64,000 nucleotides of DNA from Desulfobacterales bacterium (GTDB lineage: Bacteria; Desulfobacterota; Desulfobacteria; Desulfobacterales; UBA5852): NCBI GenBank assembly GCA_049366795.1, contig JBMNCP010000026.1, positions 18,608 through 82,607 on the forward strand. Reading direction: 5' to 3'. A program made the translations under genes and the position numbers. Under the pieces are notes generated by a model that worked only from the letters and a program-made list of their open reading frames with translations, did no database searches and was not told the DNA's origin. Of this stretch, positions 52,844 to 63,873 are shown piece after piece. Position 1 is the first letter of the stretch. Each line of letters starts with the position of its first letter.

Positions 52844-54949
52844 TCATTCGGAGGGCGGGCGATCCATCAACGCGTTGAGCTCCAGCGTCAGAGGGCGCTC
52901 GTCCTCGCTCTTTCCGTCGAAGAGGATGGGGCCCGGCCGCCGGTAGTGATCCTCCCCGATTTCGGCGGCGAGCCAGTTCTCCCGGCAAGCCTTGAGGATC
53001 TGGAAGGAAAGGGACTCCGTGTCGACGAGGCTCTTCTCCAGCACGAGCGCGAGCTTTCCCTTGCGCTCCTCCAGGTGCATGAGCGCGGCGATGGGGATGC
53101 CGATGGGCTCCCACTCGGAAAAATCCCGCTCCAGGTTCCGGATGGCCGCCATCTGGCCGGTGGCGCCGTTGGCGATCAGGCTGAACACGGTCCAGCCCAG
53201 GTTGTAGGTGTACATGCAGTCGAAGCGGGTCGGGTTGCTGCCCCTTCCGTCATACCCGTAGAAATGGGTCTGGGTCTTGAAATTGGGCATCGATGTCTTG
53301 AAGATCTTTTGAACGGTGGCGGGCACCGGATGGTCCTCCGGGATCAACCCCTCTCTGGCCAGGGCCTGTTTGAGCGTCTTGAGGGAAATGATGTCCGGCT
53401 TGACGATCAGGTAGTCGCCGCCGGGGTTCCGGAACAGGGCGCCGGCGTAACGATCGGGGTCGAGACCGTCCTTGTGCATCGTCTTGCGGAAGTAGCCCTG
53501 CTCGATCCCCAGCTTGTACTCCCCCTTTTCCCTGAGGATGTTGAGGTAGTCCGTGACGAGCCCCATGATGACCTTGTCCGTCTCGACCAGGGAAAACTGG
53601 AAGTTGCCGTGGCTGTCCCGTTCGGTCAGGAGCCCTTCCTGGAAGAACTCCGGCAGATCGTTGAACAGTTCGTCGTCCCGGTTGTTCCAGATCCCGGAGG
53701 AGGTCCCCTTTCGGATGTCCCTTCCCAGCCGCCGCAGGTAGTCCAGTTTGTCCTCCAACCGGGGAAAGCTCGAGTGAAAATCCCGGTCGTGGGTGTTGTT
53801 GTACTCGGCGATGATGGTGCTGAGCTTGATGATGAACACCTGGATTTCGTTGATGAACTCCAGCACGCCCTCGGGAATGACCAGGACGCCGCAGTTCTTT
53901 CCCACCGCCGCACGCCGCACGATGCCGTCGCAAATGACGCGGGACAGATGACGGAGCGTGATGCCGTAAGCGGTAAAGTCCGTCTCCCTCCGCTTCCGGG
54001 CCTCCTCGATGCGGCGCTCGTCCACGTATTCGGCGAGATCCTCGCCGATGAGAGTGATGTTGGCGTGGGTCTGAAGCGCCACCTCCAGGGCCAGATGGCT
54101 GGCGGAGCGGCCCATGACCTTGCAGATATGCCAGTATTTGCGGTCCGAGCTGCAGTCGTTGCAGAGGTTGCTGATGTCCTGCGAAAATGCGCGGGCTGCG
54201 GAGTGAAACCCGAAGGAAATGGCGCACAAAACATTCCCGTCCGCATCCTTGACCTGCACATCGCCGTCGATGGTCTTGGGAACGCCGAGCACCTGGATGC
54301 CGTCGTCCATCATCTCCTGGGCGAGAAAGGCGGCATTGGTGTTCGAATCATCGCCACCCACCACGACGAGGGCATCCAGACCGAGGTCCCGGCAGGTTTC
54401 CCTGGAGGACCGCATCTTCTCCGGCGTGTCGATCTTGGTGCGCCCGGTCCGGATCATCGTGAATCCGCCGAGGTTCCGGTATTGGTCGACCAGATTCTGG
54501 TCGATTTCGATATACTCGCCTTCGATGATGCCGTCCGGTCCCATGAGAAAGCCGAAGAGACGGTTCTCCGGATTGGCCTGCCGGGCGGCATCGAACAGGC
54601 CGGCGATGACGTTGTGGCCGCCAGGGGCGGGTCCGCCGGAGAAGACGATGCCGATGCGCCGGGATCGACGATGCCGCTCGGCGACCTCGTCATCCGCCCG
54701 ATCGATGCCTTCGACGACCTGGACCGGATTTTCGATGAGGCCCGGAAGCTGCCGGCGGGCTTCGGCGTCGGTCTCGAACCGGTACCGGTCGGTGGTCCGC
54801 AGGGTGGTCATAGGGGCTTCGAAGACCCGGCATTTGGGAGGACGGAAGGCGAGCCGTTCGATCAGGCCGGCGCTCATATCGCTGATGGCGGTCTTGACCG
54901 GATCCGTGGCCAGCAAATCCTTGATGTGTTCGAGATTGGAGTCGGACAT
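52844..54949 (-). CDS. pfp: long-form pyrophosphate-dependent phosphofructokinase (diphosphate--fructose-6-phosphate 1-phosphotransferase)
   Basis: 701 aa with IGIVFSGGPAPGGHNVI...VVVGGDDSNTNA...GVPKTIDGD. Confidence 0.8.
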   Translation of the reverse strand: MSDSNLEHIKDLLATDPVKTAISDMSAGLIERLAFRPPKCRVFEAPMTTLRTTDRYRFETDAEARRQLPGLIENPVQVVEGIDRADDEVAERHRRSRRIGIVFSGGPAPGGHNVIAGLFDAARQANPENRLFGFLMGPDGIIEGEYIEIDQNLVDQYRNLGGFTMIRTGRTKIDTPEKMRSSRETCRDLGLDALVVVGGDDSNTNAAFLAQEMMDDGIQVLGVPKTIDGDVQVKDADGNVLCAISFGFHSAARAFSQDISNLCNDCSSDRKYWHICKVMGRSASHLALEVALQTHANITLIGEDLAEYVDERRIEEARKRRETDFTAYGITLRHLSRVICDGIVRRAAVGKNCGVLVIPEGVLEFINEIQVFIIKLSTIIAEYNNTHDRDFHSSFPRLEDKLDYLRRLGRDIRKGTSSGIWNNRDDELFNDLPEFFQEGLLTERDSHGNFQFSLVETDKVIMGLVTDYLNILREKGEYKLGIEQGYFRKTMHKDGLDPDRYAGALFRNPGGDYLIVKPDIISLKTLKQALAREGLIPEDHPVPATVQKIFKTSMPNFKTQTHFYGYDGRGSNPTRFDCMYTYNLGWTVFSLIANGATGQMAAIRNLERDFSEWEPIGIPIAALMHLEERKGKLALVLEKSLVDTESLSFQILKACRENWLAAEIGEDHYRRPGPILFDGKSEDERPLTLELNALMDRPPSE

Positions 54950-55173
54950 GGATTTCCCCCGCTGTGGTTGAGGGCCGCCCGCCGGAATCCCCCCTGACGG
55001 GGGTGGGGCTGCCGCGAAAGATGGGCGAAAGGCACGCGAAGTCGAATTGAAAATATCATACCTGAGAGAGGCGGTTCAACGTCTTTCCGCATCCCGCGGC
55101 GATCTCCGCGAAAACGGGTTTGCCATTTCGGTATTCTGTGCTAAATAGCGTTTATTTTTTAGGGGATGCCATC

Positions 55174-55326
55174 ATGAAAAAGCGGAATGAGCCGGTCGAG
55201 GTGGTGTGCCCGAAATGCCGGCACACCGAAATCGTCTATATTCCGAGGGAAGAATTGCCCAAATGCCCGAAGTGCGGGAGCCAGATGGTCATACGGGAGA
55301 TCCTCGATGAAGGCAAGTCCTATTAG
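55174..55326 (+). CDS. small zinc-ribbon protein
   Basis: MKKRNEPVEVVCPKCRH...CPKCGS, with an AGGGGA RBS. I preferred the internal Met over the track start. Confidence 0.55.
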   Translation: MKKRNEPVEVVCPKCRHTEIVYIPREELPKCPKCGSQMVIREILDEGKSY

Positions 55327-55477
55327 CCGCTGGGAATGGCTCCCCTCCACGATGGATCCCTCAGGCACGATCATGTCCGAGCAGGTGGTTCCGGCAGTTC
55401 CTATGGATGGCCTGCCCTTCGATGCCTCAGGCTCGATGTTACCCACCGTACAGAACTGACTTAAAAGGAGGAGAAGC

Positions 55478-56308
55478 ATGATGAGAAAATGGATTGTTGG
55501 ATGGATCGCTGTAGCGGCACTGTGCGCATTCGCCTTCTCACCCGCCTGGGCCGACGACATCGATCTGGCAAAAAAATCCACGGTGAACGCCATCATGGAG
55601 CGCGGGGAGATCCGCGTTGGTTTCGAAGCCGGCTACATGCCCTTCGAAATGACGGACAAGAAGGGAAATTTCGTCGGTTTCGACATCGACATGGCCAAGG
55701 AACTGGCCAAGGCCATGGGCGTCAAGTTCGCCCCGGTGAACACGTCGTGGGACGGCATCATTCCCGCCCTGCTGACGAACAAGTTCGACATCATCATGAG
55801 CGGAATGACGGTCACCCAGGAGCGGAACCTCCAGATCAACTTCGCCGATCCCTATATCGTGGTCGGCCAGACCATCCTGATCAACAACAAGCACGACGGA
55901 ACCGTTAGCTCCTACAAGGACCTCAACGATCCCAAGTACACCGTGACCTCGAAGCTCGGGACGACCGGCGAGCAGGCCGTCAAGCGGATGATCCCCAAGG
56001 CCACCTACAAGTCCTTCGAAACCGAAACCGAAGCCGCGTTGGAAGTGGTCAACGGCAAGGCCGACGCATTTGTCTACGACCTGCCCTACTGCGTGGTCTT
56101 CAATGCCGAGCAGGGCGCCGGAAAGCTCACCTTCCTGGACCAGCCGTTCACCTACGAGCCTCTGGCCTGGGCCGTGCGGAAGGGCGATCCCGATTTCCTG
56201 AACTTTCTGAACAACTTTTTGCGTCAGGTGAAAAACGACGGACGCTACGAAACGATCTACAACAAGTGGATCAAGAACACCGAATGGTATAACGACGTCG
56301 CCAAGTAA
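55478..56308 (+). CDS. polar amino-acid ABC transporter substrate-binding protein
   Basis: Signal peptide followed by ...IRVGFEAGYMPFE...WDGIIPALLTNKFDIIMSGMT.... An AGGAGGAG RBS precedes it. Confidence 0.9.
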   Translation: MMRKWIVGWIAVAALCAFAFSPAWADDIDLAKKSTVNAIMERGEIRVGFEAGYMPFEMTDKKGNFVGFDIDMAKELAKAMGVKFAPVNTSWDGIIPALLTNKFDIIMSGMTVTQERNLQINFADPYIVVGQTILINNKHDGTVSSYKDLNDPKYTVTSKLGTTGEQAVKRMIPKATYKSFETETEAALEVVNGKADAFVYDLPYCVVFNAEQGAGKLTFLDQPFTYEPLAWAVRKGDPDFLNFLNNFLRQVKNDGRYETIYNKWIKNTEWYNDVAK

Positions 56309-56408
56309 CACCGCGTATTCGGCGGGGCGTCTCCTCTGAGCCGGGCGGCCGCGGAAGGCCGTCCGGGAACTCTGTGCGCGGCCCCCGCCTTCGGACAATC
56401 GGAGATTT

Positions 56409-57419
56409 ATGGAAGCATCATCGGCTTTGCGGCGCACGGGAAAAGGACCGGCCCATTACGGCTGGATCGGCGTCTTCTTTCTGGCGGTGGCCCTGTTTCT
56501 GGCGGGGCTTTACTATTCCACGCTGAAAATCGACTATGTCTGGCGCTGGTACCGGGTTCCCCAGTACTTCTTCTTCAATGACGAAATCGATATCCGGGCT
56601 GAAATCGACGGCACGATCGATGCCCTGACTCCGCAGGGAACAGCGGTGGTCGTCACCCTGAGGAACGACGCCGAATCCGAAGATTACACGCTTCCATCCA
56701 GCGGACTTCGGGTCGGCGAAGGCGACACCATCTACGTGGGCGACGTTCTGGGCACCTATACCGAATGGCGTGTCGGCATTCTCCTCCAGGGACTCTGGCT
56801 CACCTTGAAGGTCAGCATCATCGCCATCCTGTTCGGGATCATCCTCGGCTTTCTCACCGGCATCGCCCGGATCTCGGACAACCCCGCGCTCAAATGGAGC
56901 GCCATCACCTACATCGAGCTGATCCGGGGCTCGCCGCTTCTCGTCCAGATCTTCATCTGGTATTTCGTGCTGGGAACCCTCATCAACACGATGCTGGCCC
57001 AGCAGGGCTATGGCCAGGTCCCGCCGATCTGGTTCGGCGTGGCCTCCCTGGCGACCTTCGCCGGCGCCTATGTGGCCGAAATCGTCCGGGCCGGCATCCA
57101 GTCGATCCACAGGGGACAGACCGAGGCGGCGAGATCCCTGGGCATGACCTATGTGCAGTGCATGCGTTACGTGATAATGCCCCAGGCCTTCCGGCGCATC
57201 ATCCCTCCGTTGGCCGGCCAGTTCATCAGCCTGATCAAGGACTCCTCACTTCTGGGCATCATCGCGATCCGCGAGTTGACCAAGGCCACCCGGGAGGTGG
57301 TGACCACGAGCCTTCAGCCCTTCGAGCTCTGGTTCGTCTGTGCCCTGCTCTACCTCCTGCTGACCTTCAGCCTTTCGATGCTCCTGCAGTATCTGGAAAG
57401 GAGGATGCTCGTCTCGTGA
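56409..57419 (+). CDS. amino-acid ABC transporter permease (extended N-terminus)
   Basis: It contains the EAA-type loop ...[30 protein letters not shown].... Confidence 0.9.
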   Translation: MEASSALRRTGKGPAHYGWIGVFFLAVALFLAGLYYSTLKIDYVWRWYRVPQYFFFNDEIDIRAEIDGTIDALTPQGTAVVVTLRNDAESEDYTLPSSGLRVGEGDTIYVGDVLGTYTEWRVGILLQGLWLTLKVSIIAILFGIILGFLTGIARISDNPALKWSAITYIELIRGSPLLVQIFIWYFVLGTLINTMLAQQGYGQVPPIWFGVASLATFAGAYVAEIVRAGIQSIHRGQTEAARSLGMTYVQCMRYVIMPQAFRRIIPPLAGQFISLIKDSSLLGIIAIRELTKATREVVTTSLQPFELWFVCALLYLLLTFSLSMLLQYLERRMLVS

Positions 57420-58147
57420 TCGAAGTCCGCAATGTTCACAAAACGTTCTACGTTCCCCACAAGGTCCATGCCCTGGTGGATGTCACCGCGTCCATTTCCT
57501 CCGGTGAAGTGGTGGTGGTGATCGGGCCGTCGGGATCGGGGAAGAGCACTTTCCTCCGATGTCTGAATCACCTGGAAGCCGCCAACAGCGGTCATATTCT
57601 CATCGACGGCGTCGACATCCTCGACAAGAAGACGGACATCAACAAGGTCCGCGCCGAGGTGGGGATGGTGTTCCAGTCCTTCAACCTGTTTCCCCACAAG
57701 ACGGTGATGGAAAACATCACCCTCGCACAGCGGGTGGTCCGAAAGCGATCCCGGAAGACCGCGGACGAAAACGCGATGGCCTTGTTGGACAAGGTGGGCA
57801 TCCGTGACAAGGCCAACGTCTACCCGGACCAGCTTTCGGGGGGGCAGCAGCAGCGCGTGGCGATCGCTCGCGCCTTGGCGATGAACCCGAAAGTCATGCT
57901 CTTCGACGAGCCGACTTCGGCGCTGGATCCTGAAATGATCGGAGAAGTCCTGGACGTCATGAAAACCCTTGCGCGCGAGGGGATGACCATGGTCGTCGTC
58001 ACCCACGAAATGGGCTTCGCCAGGGAAGTGGCGGATCGGGTGATCTTCATGGACGCCGGACGGATCGTGGAAGTCGGAACCCCGGAACACTTTTTCACCA
58101 GCCCCACTCACGATCGCACCAAGCTGTTTCTCAGCCAGATCCTTTAG
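57416..58147 (+). CDS. amino-acid ABC transporter ATP-binding protein
   Basis: GTG start overlapping the permease stop as GTGA. It has [24 protein letters not shown] and [10 protein letters not shown]. Confidence 0.9.
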   Translation: MIEVRNVHKTFYVPHKVHALVDVTASISSGEVVVVIGPSGSGKSTFLRCLNHLEAANSGHILIDGVDILDKKTDINKVRAEVGMVFQSFNLFPHKTVMENITLAQRVVRKRSRKTADENAMALLDKVGIRDKANVYPDQLSGGQQQRVAIARALAMNPKVMLFDEPTSALDPEMIGEVLDVMKTLAREGMTMVVVTHEMGFAREVADRVIFMDAGRIVEVGTPEHFFTSPTHDRTKLFLSQIL

Positions 58148-58484
58148 GACAGACCCCTGGAGGAAGCGCATCGGACCCCGGGGCATTGCGCGATGGCCGG
58201 AACCGCCGAATGCGCCGGTTCCAGCCACCGTCGAAGACATCCGGCCGGGCCCGCGACCGGCAACGCAAGCAAAGGTGGAGCCGACAGCAACAACATCTTG
58301 TATGCCACATCGCTACATACCACCCTCCATTGTGTTTTCGCTTTACTTGATGACGCAATCCTGCTAATTTTCCGGCGTTGAAGCCACCGTTTCCAACACG
58401 GGTCGGACCTGGGATCCCTGATGCCGTCGAACCGGCGATTCCCCGGTCCGGTGATGCAAGCGCGACGGCAAGAGGACGGATCGG

Positions 58485-61400
58485 ATGAAGTTGAAGAAGC
58501 TTGAAATCCACGGATTCAAATCCTTCGTGGACAAATCCACGATTCACTTCCCCCTCGGCATCTCGGCCGTTGTCGGACCCAACGGGTGCGGAAAAAGCAA
58601 CATTCTGGACGCCCTTCGGTGGGTGATGGGCGAGCAGAGCGTGAAGCAGCTGCGCGGCAAGTCCATGGAGGACATCATCTTCGCGGGCGCCAGCGGCAAG
58701 CCGCCGCTCAACATGGCGGAGGTCAACCTGACTCTGATCAACGACAACGGCTCTGCGCCCGAGGAATGGCGGGACTATTCGGAAATCATGATCACCCGCC
58801 GGCTGTTCAGGTCGGGTGAAAGCGCCTATCTCATCAACAAGCAGCCCTGCCGGCTCAAGGACATCTTCAACATATTTCTAGGCAGCGGACTGGGGGCCAG
58901 GTCCTACGCCATCATCCAGCAGGGCAACATCGGCGCGATTACGGACGCCGGCCCGGAGGAGCGCCGCTTTTTCATCGAAGAGGCCGCAGGCGTCACCCGG
59001 TTCAAACAGCGCCGCACGGAAACCCTGCGCAAGCTCGCCTCCACTCAGCAGAACCTCTACCGGCTCAACGACATCATCGCCGAAATCAAAAGGCAGATGG
59101 CCGGGCTCAAACGCCAGGCCAGGAAGGCGGAAATCTACAAGTCCTTTCAGGAGCGGATCAAGGCCCTGGACATCCGGCTGGCCATCCACCACTACGACGA
59201 CTTCTCCGTCCGCATCGATGAGACCATGGGGCTGTTGCAGCGTCTCAAGGACGCCGACGTCGCGCAATCCACCGAGATGAAGGCACTCGACGCCGCCGTG
59301 GAGGAGATCAAGCTCAAACGCTTTCAGAAAAACCAGGAAATCGGTGCGCAGAAAACCCGCCAGTTCGACCTCCGGCGGACTGTGGACAAGCTGGAGACCG
59401 ACCTGGATCACATGAAACGGGATGTGGAACGCCTGGCCGTGGAAGCCCGGGCCCTCGAGGAGGCGCGCGAGGAGTTGGCCGGAAAGAACGAGAAAATATC
59501 GGGAGAAATCCTCGATGTCTCCCGCCAGAAGGAGGCCTACGAATCCGAAATCAAAGGAGTCCGGCACCAGCTTGAAAAGGAGCGGTCCGATTCCGAGGAG
59601 GTCGCCGGCCGGCATGCGGCGCTCAACCGCCGGCTCGAGCAGGAGAAAAACCGGCTGATGGAGCTGGTGGCCCGGGAAGCGAAGTATGCCAACATCCACC
59701 AGAACGCCCAGAACAACAAGGACAGCCTGCGCAGGCGCCTGAAACGCATCGACGAGGAGACCTTGCAGGCCGCGGGCAAGGTGACGGAATGCGCGAAGGC
59801 GGAAAAGCAATGCGAGGAAGCGCTGACCGTCCTGAAGCGGGAAGCCGGACAGCTCGACGGCCGGATCGCCGACCTGAAAAACCGGATCTCGGAAAAGGGA
59901 TCGGCCCTGGCGGCGCAGGTCAAGGAAACCCACACGCTTGAGATCGAACGGGGAAAGATGCGCTCCCAATTCCAGGCGCTGAAAAAAATGGAGGCGAGCC
60001 TCGACTGGTACCGGGACGGTGTCAAGGCAGTGTTGAAGACTTCCGGGAAACCCGGCGGCGGGCTCACGGGAATCCTGGGGCTCATGGCCGACATGGTAAC
60101 GCCCAGGCCGGGCTTTGAAGCGGCGGTGGAAGCGGCGCTCGGAGAATCGCTTCAATACGTGCTGGTGGAGGATCCGGAGGCAGGCCTGCGGGCGATGGCG
60201 TTTCTTCAGTCCAGCTCCGCCGGAAGGGCGGGATTCATTCCCGTATCCGCGGTCAACCCCCTGAGTCCCCCGAACGACGCCCATCTGCCCCGGGATTGCA
60301 CCCGCCTGATGGACCATCTCACGGTCGTGCCGGACTTTCGAGAGGCAGCGGAAGCGCTGCTCGGGCATGTCATCGTCGCCCCGTCGGCCGAGGCGGCCGT
60401 AGGAATCCATCATCTCAACGGCGCCCGCCGGACCGTCGTGACCGTCGAGGGCGATGTCGTCACCCACCAGGGGTTCTTGTCCGGCGGCGGAAAGGACAAG
60501 CTGTCCGGTATCCTTGAAAAGAAGCAGGAGATCAGGACCCTCGAACAGACCCTGACGAACCTCGACCGGCAGACCGAAGCGGCCAGGCGCCGGCAGGAGG
60601 AGCTCGAGAAGGAGGCCCGGCAGCTGGAAATCCAACTCCAGCATCTGGTCGAGGAAAAAAACGCCCTGGGCCAGGATGTCATGGATGCCGAACGGCGCCT
60701 CTACCGCGCAGCCGAGGATTCGAAGAACGCCCGACGCCACCTCGAGATCGTACAGCTCGAACAGGAACAGATCCAGGGAGAGGAAAGCGACATCGAGGAG
60801 GAAATCGGCCGCTGCCACGCGCTGCTCGATCAGGTGTCCTCGGAGGTCAAAAGCGCTCAGGACGGCGTGTCGGATCTGAGCTCACGGATTCAGGGGCTAT
60901 CGAACGATATGCAGACCCGTCAGCAGACGGTCAACGACATCAGGCTTCGACTCACCACTCTGAACGCCAGGCTCGAAAACAGCGTCAGCACCCTGCGGCG
61001 GCTGAAGGACTTTCAGGAGGACGGCGTCCGCCGGCTCCAGGAACTGGTCCAGGAGGTGGCGGCCAAGCGGGAGCGGCGCCGGAACCTGACCCGGAAAGTC
61101 GAGGAGGACGCCGCAACCCTCGCACAGCGTTACCTGGAATTGAAGCAGCTGGACGAAATCCTGGAGGAAAACGAGACGGAATACCAGGCGATCGACGACC
61201 GGCTGAAGGACAATGATTCCGTCATGGCGGACCTTCAGGCCCGCCGCGAGAAGACCCTCGAACAGCTTCGCACCCTCGAGCTGGAGGTCTCGGAGCTCAG
61301 GCTCAAACGGGAGAACATCACCGGCCGGATCCAGGAGCGCTATCACGGTTCGGTCATTCAGTTCAAGGCGGAGCTGGAACGTGACGGCGATGAACTCGAT

Positions 61401-62060
61401 CTGACCGTCGACGCGCTGTCCGCCGAGCTCGACCGCTGCCGGAGGAAAATCTCCGCCATCCAGGACGTGAACCTCGGTGCCATCAAGGAATACGAGCAAC
61501 TAAAGACCCGGTACGACTTCCTGTGCACCCAGAGGGACGATCTCAACCAGGCGATCGAGGATCTGCACACGGTGATCCGCAAGATCAACCGCATCACCCA
61601 GGAACGTTTTCTGACCACACTGGGCCAGGTCAACGAGAAGCTCGCCGAAGTCTTTCCCCGCCTGTTTCAGGGAGGATCGGCCAGCCTGGTGATGACCGAC
61701 CCTTCCAGCCCCCTGGAAACGGGTATCGAATTCATGATCCACCCCCCCGGAAAGAAGCTCACCCGGATGAGCCTGTTGTCCGGAGGAGAAAAAGCGTTGT
61801 CGGCGATTGCGTTTATCTTCTCGATCTTTCTGATCCGCCCGACCTCCTTCTGCCTGCTGGATGAAATCGACGCACCGCTCGATGACGCCAACGTCGGCCG
61901 CTTCAACGAGCTGCTCAAAAGCATCGGCGAAAAATCACAGATCATCATGGTGACCCACAACAAGCGCAGCATGGAATTCGCCGATACGCTGTTCGGCATT
62001 ACCATGGAAAAGAAAGGAATCTCGAAGGTGGTTTCGGTGAACCTCGAGAAGGCGGCCTGA
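58485..62060 (+). CDS. smc: chromosome segregation protein SMC
   Basis: 1191 aa with the N-terminal Walker A GPNGCGKSN, long coiled coils, a hinge, and C-terminal LSGGEKAL...LLDEIDAPLD. Confidence 0.95.
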   Translation: MKLKKLEIHGFKSFVDKSTIHFPLGISAVVGPNGCGKSNILDALRWVMGEQSVKQLRGKSMEDIIFAGASGKPPLNMAEVNLTLINDNGSAPEEWRDYSEIMITRRLFRSGESAYLINKQPCRLKDIFNIFLGSGLGARSYAIIQQGNIGAITDAGPEERRFFIEEAAGVTRFKQRRTETLRKLASTQQNLYRLNDIIAEIKRQMAGLKRQARKAEIYKSFQERIKALDIRLAIHHYDDFSVRIDETMGLLQRLKDADVAQSTEMKALDAAVEEIKLKRFQKNQEIGAQKTRQFDLRRTVDKLETDLDHMKRDVERLAVEARALEEAREELAGKNEKISGEILDVSRQKEAYESEIKGVRHQLEKERSDSEEVAGRHAALNRRLEQEKNRLMELVAREAKYANIHQNAQNNKDSLRRRLKRIDEETLQAAGKVTECAKAEKQCEEALTVLKREAGQLDGRIADLKNRISEKGSALAAQVKETHTLEIERGKMRSQFQALKKMEASLDWYRDGVKAVLKTSGKPGGGLTGILGLMADMVTPRPGFEAAVEAALGESLQYVLVEDPEAGLRAMAFLQSSSAGRAGFIPVSAVNPLSPPNDAHLPRDCTRLMDHLTVVPDFREAAEALLGHVIVAPSAEAAVGIHHLNGARRTVVTVEGDVVTHQGFLSGGGKDKLSGILEKKQEIRTLEQTLTNLDRQTEAARRRQEELEKEARQLEIQLQHLVEEKNALGQDVMDAERRLYRAAEDSKNARRHLEIVQLEQEQIQGEESDIEEEIGRCHALLDQVSSEVKSAQDGVSDLSSRIQGLSNDMQTRQQTVNDIRLRLTTLNARLENSVSTLRRLKDFQEDGVRRLQELVQEVAAKRERRRNLTRKVEEDAATLAQRYLELKQLDEILEENETEYQAIDDRLKDNDSVMADLQARREKTLEQLRTLELEVSELRLKRENITGRIQERYHGSVIQFKAELERDGDELDLTVDALSAELDRCRRKISAIQDVNLGAIKEYEQLKTRYDFLCTQRDDLNQAIEDLHTVIRKINRITQERFLTTLGQVNEKLAEVFPRLFQGGSASLVMTDPSSPLETGIEFMIHPPGKKLTRMSLLSGGEKALSAIAFIFSIFLIRPTSFCLLDEIDAPLDDANVGRFNELLKSIGEKSQIIMVTHNKRSMEFADTLFGITMEKKGISKVVSVNLEKAA

Positions 62061-62115
62061 TTGCTGACCCTGGTGTATCACTGACAGTCATTTATCCACA
62101 TCCGGAAGGACCACC

Positions 62116-63258
62116 ATGGCGTTCAAATGGTTCAAGAAGAAAGACAAGGACAGGACGGCCGAAGCCGGCGGCCCGCACACTGAGAGCGAAACCCCGCCCG
62201 AAGCCGGCGAGGGGTCCGTTGCGGCAGAATCCTCCGTCGATGACGGGCAGGAATCTTCCGACGAGAGCGCATTCGTGCCCGCGGAAGTCGAACCCGATCC
62301 GGAGGCCGACACGGCAGCGCCGCCGGAGTCGGCCGCCGCGTCCGAGGAAACGAAAGGAAGATTCTTCGCCCGCCTGAAAAAAGGCCTCACCAAGACCCGG
62401 GATTTCCTGAACACCGACATCGAGGATCTGTTCCGGGGCGGCCGGAGGCTGGATGCGGCGATGCTCGAGGATCTCGAAGAGCTGCTCATCACCGCCGATA
62501 TCGGTGTCCAGACCTCGATGAAGATCATCGAACGCATTTCGTCCCAGGCGGCGAAGGTCAAGGGCGCGGAAGGGCTGAAAACGCTTCTCAGAGACGAAAT
62601 CCGCTCGCTCGTCGAACCCTATGCGCCCCCACCGGAGACATTCGAGGAGAAACCTCACGTCATTATGGTGGTCGGGGTCAACGGCGTGGGCAAAACCACG
62701 ACCATCGGAAAACTCGCGGCCCGCTATGCGGCCTCCGGCAACCGGGTTCTCATCGGGGCCGCCGACACCTTCCGCGCCGCTGCCATCGAACAGCTTTCCA
62801 TCTGGGCCGACCGGGCCGATGCGCAGATCGTCCGGCACAAGGATCACGCGGATCCGGCCGCGGTGGCCTACGACGCCGTCGATGCCGCGTCGGCGAGGGG
62901 CATGGATGTGGTGCTGATCGACACCGCCGGCCGTCTGCACACCAAGGTCAATCTCATGGAAGAGCTCAAGAAGATCAAGCGCTCCATCGGAAAGCGGATG
63001 ACCGGAGCGCCCCACGAAACCCTGCTGGTGCTGGACGCCACCACCGGTCAGAATGCACTGTCCCAGGCCAAACTCTTCAACGACGCCCTTGAGTTGACCG
63101 GCCTCGCGTTGACCAAGCTCGACGGGACCGCCAAGGGCGGCATCGTCATCGGGATCTGCGGCGCCTTGAACATACCGCTCAGATACATCGGTGTCGGAGA
63201 GCAGCTGGACGATCTGCAGGTGTTCGACCCGGAAAAGTACGTGCAGGCCTTGTTCTGA
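62116..63258 (+). CDS. ftsY: signal recognition particle receptor FtsY
   Basis: Acidic N-terminal region followed by the NG domain: [16 protein letters not shown]...DTAGR...[10 protein letters not shown]. Confidence 0.95.
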   Translation: MAFKWFKKKDKDRTAEAGGPHTESETPPEAGEGSVAAESSVDDGQESSDESAFVPAEVEPDPEADTAAPPESAAASEETKGRFFARLKKGLTKTRDFLNTDIEDLFRGGRRLDAAMLEDLEELLITADIGVQTSMKIIERISSQAAKVKGAEGLKTLLRDEIRSLVEPYAPPPETFEEKPHVIMVVGVNGVGKTTTIGKLAARYAASGNRVLIGAADTFRAAAIEQLSIWADRADAQIVRHKDHADPAAVAYDAVDAASARGMDVVLIDTAGRLHTKVNLMEELKKIKRSIGKRMTGAPHETLLVLDATTGQNALSQAKLFNDALELTGLALTKLDGTAKGGIVIGICGALNIPLRYIGVGEQLDDLQVFDPEKYVQALF

Positions 63259-63533
63259 AACAGCATCCCTCGGATTCGAAGCCCGCCTTGGGGCAGGGGC
63301 CTGCGGTTGGGGGATTCTTTGGAAATCGCTTCCCGGAATGCCTTGGCAACAGCAGTTTCAAGTCTGCGCTACCCGTTTAAATGCCTCAATGGAGAGCATC
63401 AAACGGCTTTTTTATGAAAAAAGGGTTTATAAACGCTTATGCCTATTGACACGGCGGATATCCTTTAATATTGGACATAGCAACCATCGGCAATCGCGGC
63501 TAATTCGAAATGAAAAGAAAAGGGGGTAAAAAG

Positions 63534-63806
63534 ATGACCAAGGCAGAAATCGTCGAGAAAGCATCAAAAGAGGCCGGTATCTCCAAGGTAGCGGCCGCCG
63601 CGGCGTTGAACTCCTTTCTGGACAGCGTCGGCAAGGCCTTGAAGAAAAAAGACGGTAAAGTGACCCTGGTCGGTTTCGGCACCTTTTCCAAAGTGCGACG
63701 CAAGGCCCGCAAAGGCCGCAATCCCCAGACCGGCGAGCCGATCAAGATCAAGGCCACGAACGTGGTGAAGTTCCGCCCGGGCAAGAAGCTGAGAGACGCT
63801 ATCTGA
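63534..63806 (+). CDS. hup: HU-family nucleoid-associated DNA-binding protein
   Basis: MTKAEIVEKASKEAGISK...GFGTFSKVRRKARKGRNPQTGEPI.... An AGGGGG RBS precedes it. Confidence 0.9.
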   Translation: MTKAEIVEKASKEAGISKVAAAAALNSFLDSVGKALKKKDGKVTLVGFGTFSKVRRKARKGRNPQTGEPIKIKATNVVKFRPGKKLRDAI

Positions 63807-63830
63807 TCCGCCCGACCTCCGATTTTGCGG

Positions 63831-63873
63831 AAAGGCGGTTTGCGCGGCCGGCGCGGACCGCCTTTCGATTTTC
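63831..63873 (+). terminator. rho-independent terminator after hup
   Basis: AAAGGCGGT...ACCGCCTTT stem around a GC-rich loop, followed by CGATTTTCT. Confidence 0.55.

Noticed and set aside
51014-54997. 1327-aa plus-strand ORF, the longest in the track
   Set aside because: The translation is Arg/Gly/Pro/Ala-rich low complexity with no recognisable motif. It overlaps ggt in another frame and is antisense to the well-supported pfp gene. This is a typical stop-codon-poor artefact of GC-rich DNA.
58198-58222. GGAACCG...CGGTTCC hairpin after the ABC ATPase gene, considered as a terminator
   Set aside because: No U-tract follows the stem, so the evidence is insufficient.
58878-60818. 646-aa minus-strand ORF
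   Set aside because: It is antisense to smc, whose Walker, coiled-coil and signature motifs are unambiguous. The product is low complexity with no RBS.
63446-63471. TTGACA ... TAATAT sigma70-like promoter upstream of hup
   Set aside because: The spacer is only 14 nt (ideal is about 17), so I do not report it as a feature. It remains a loose candidate.
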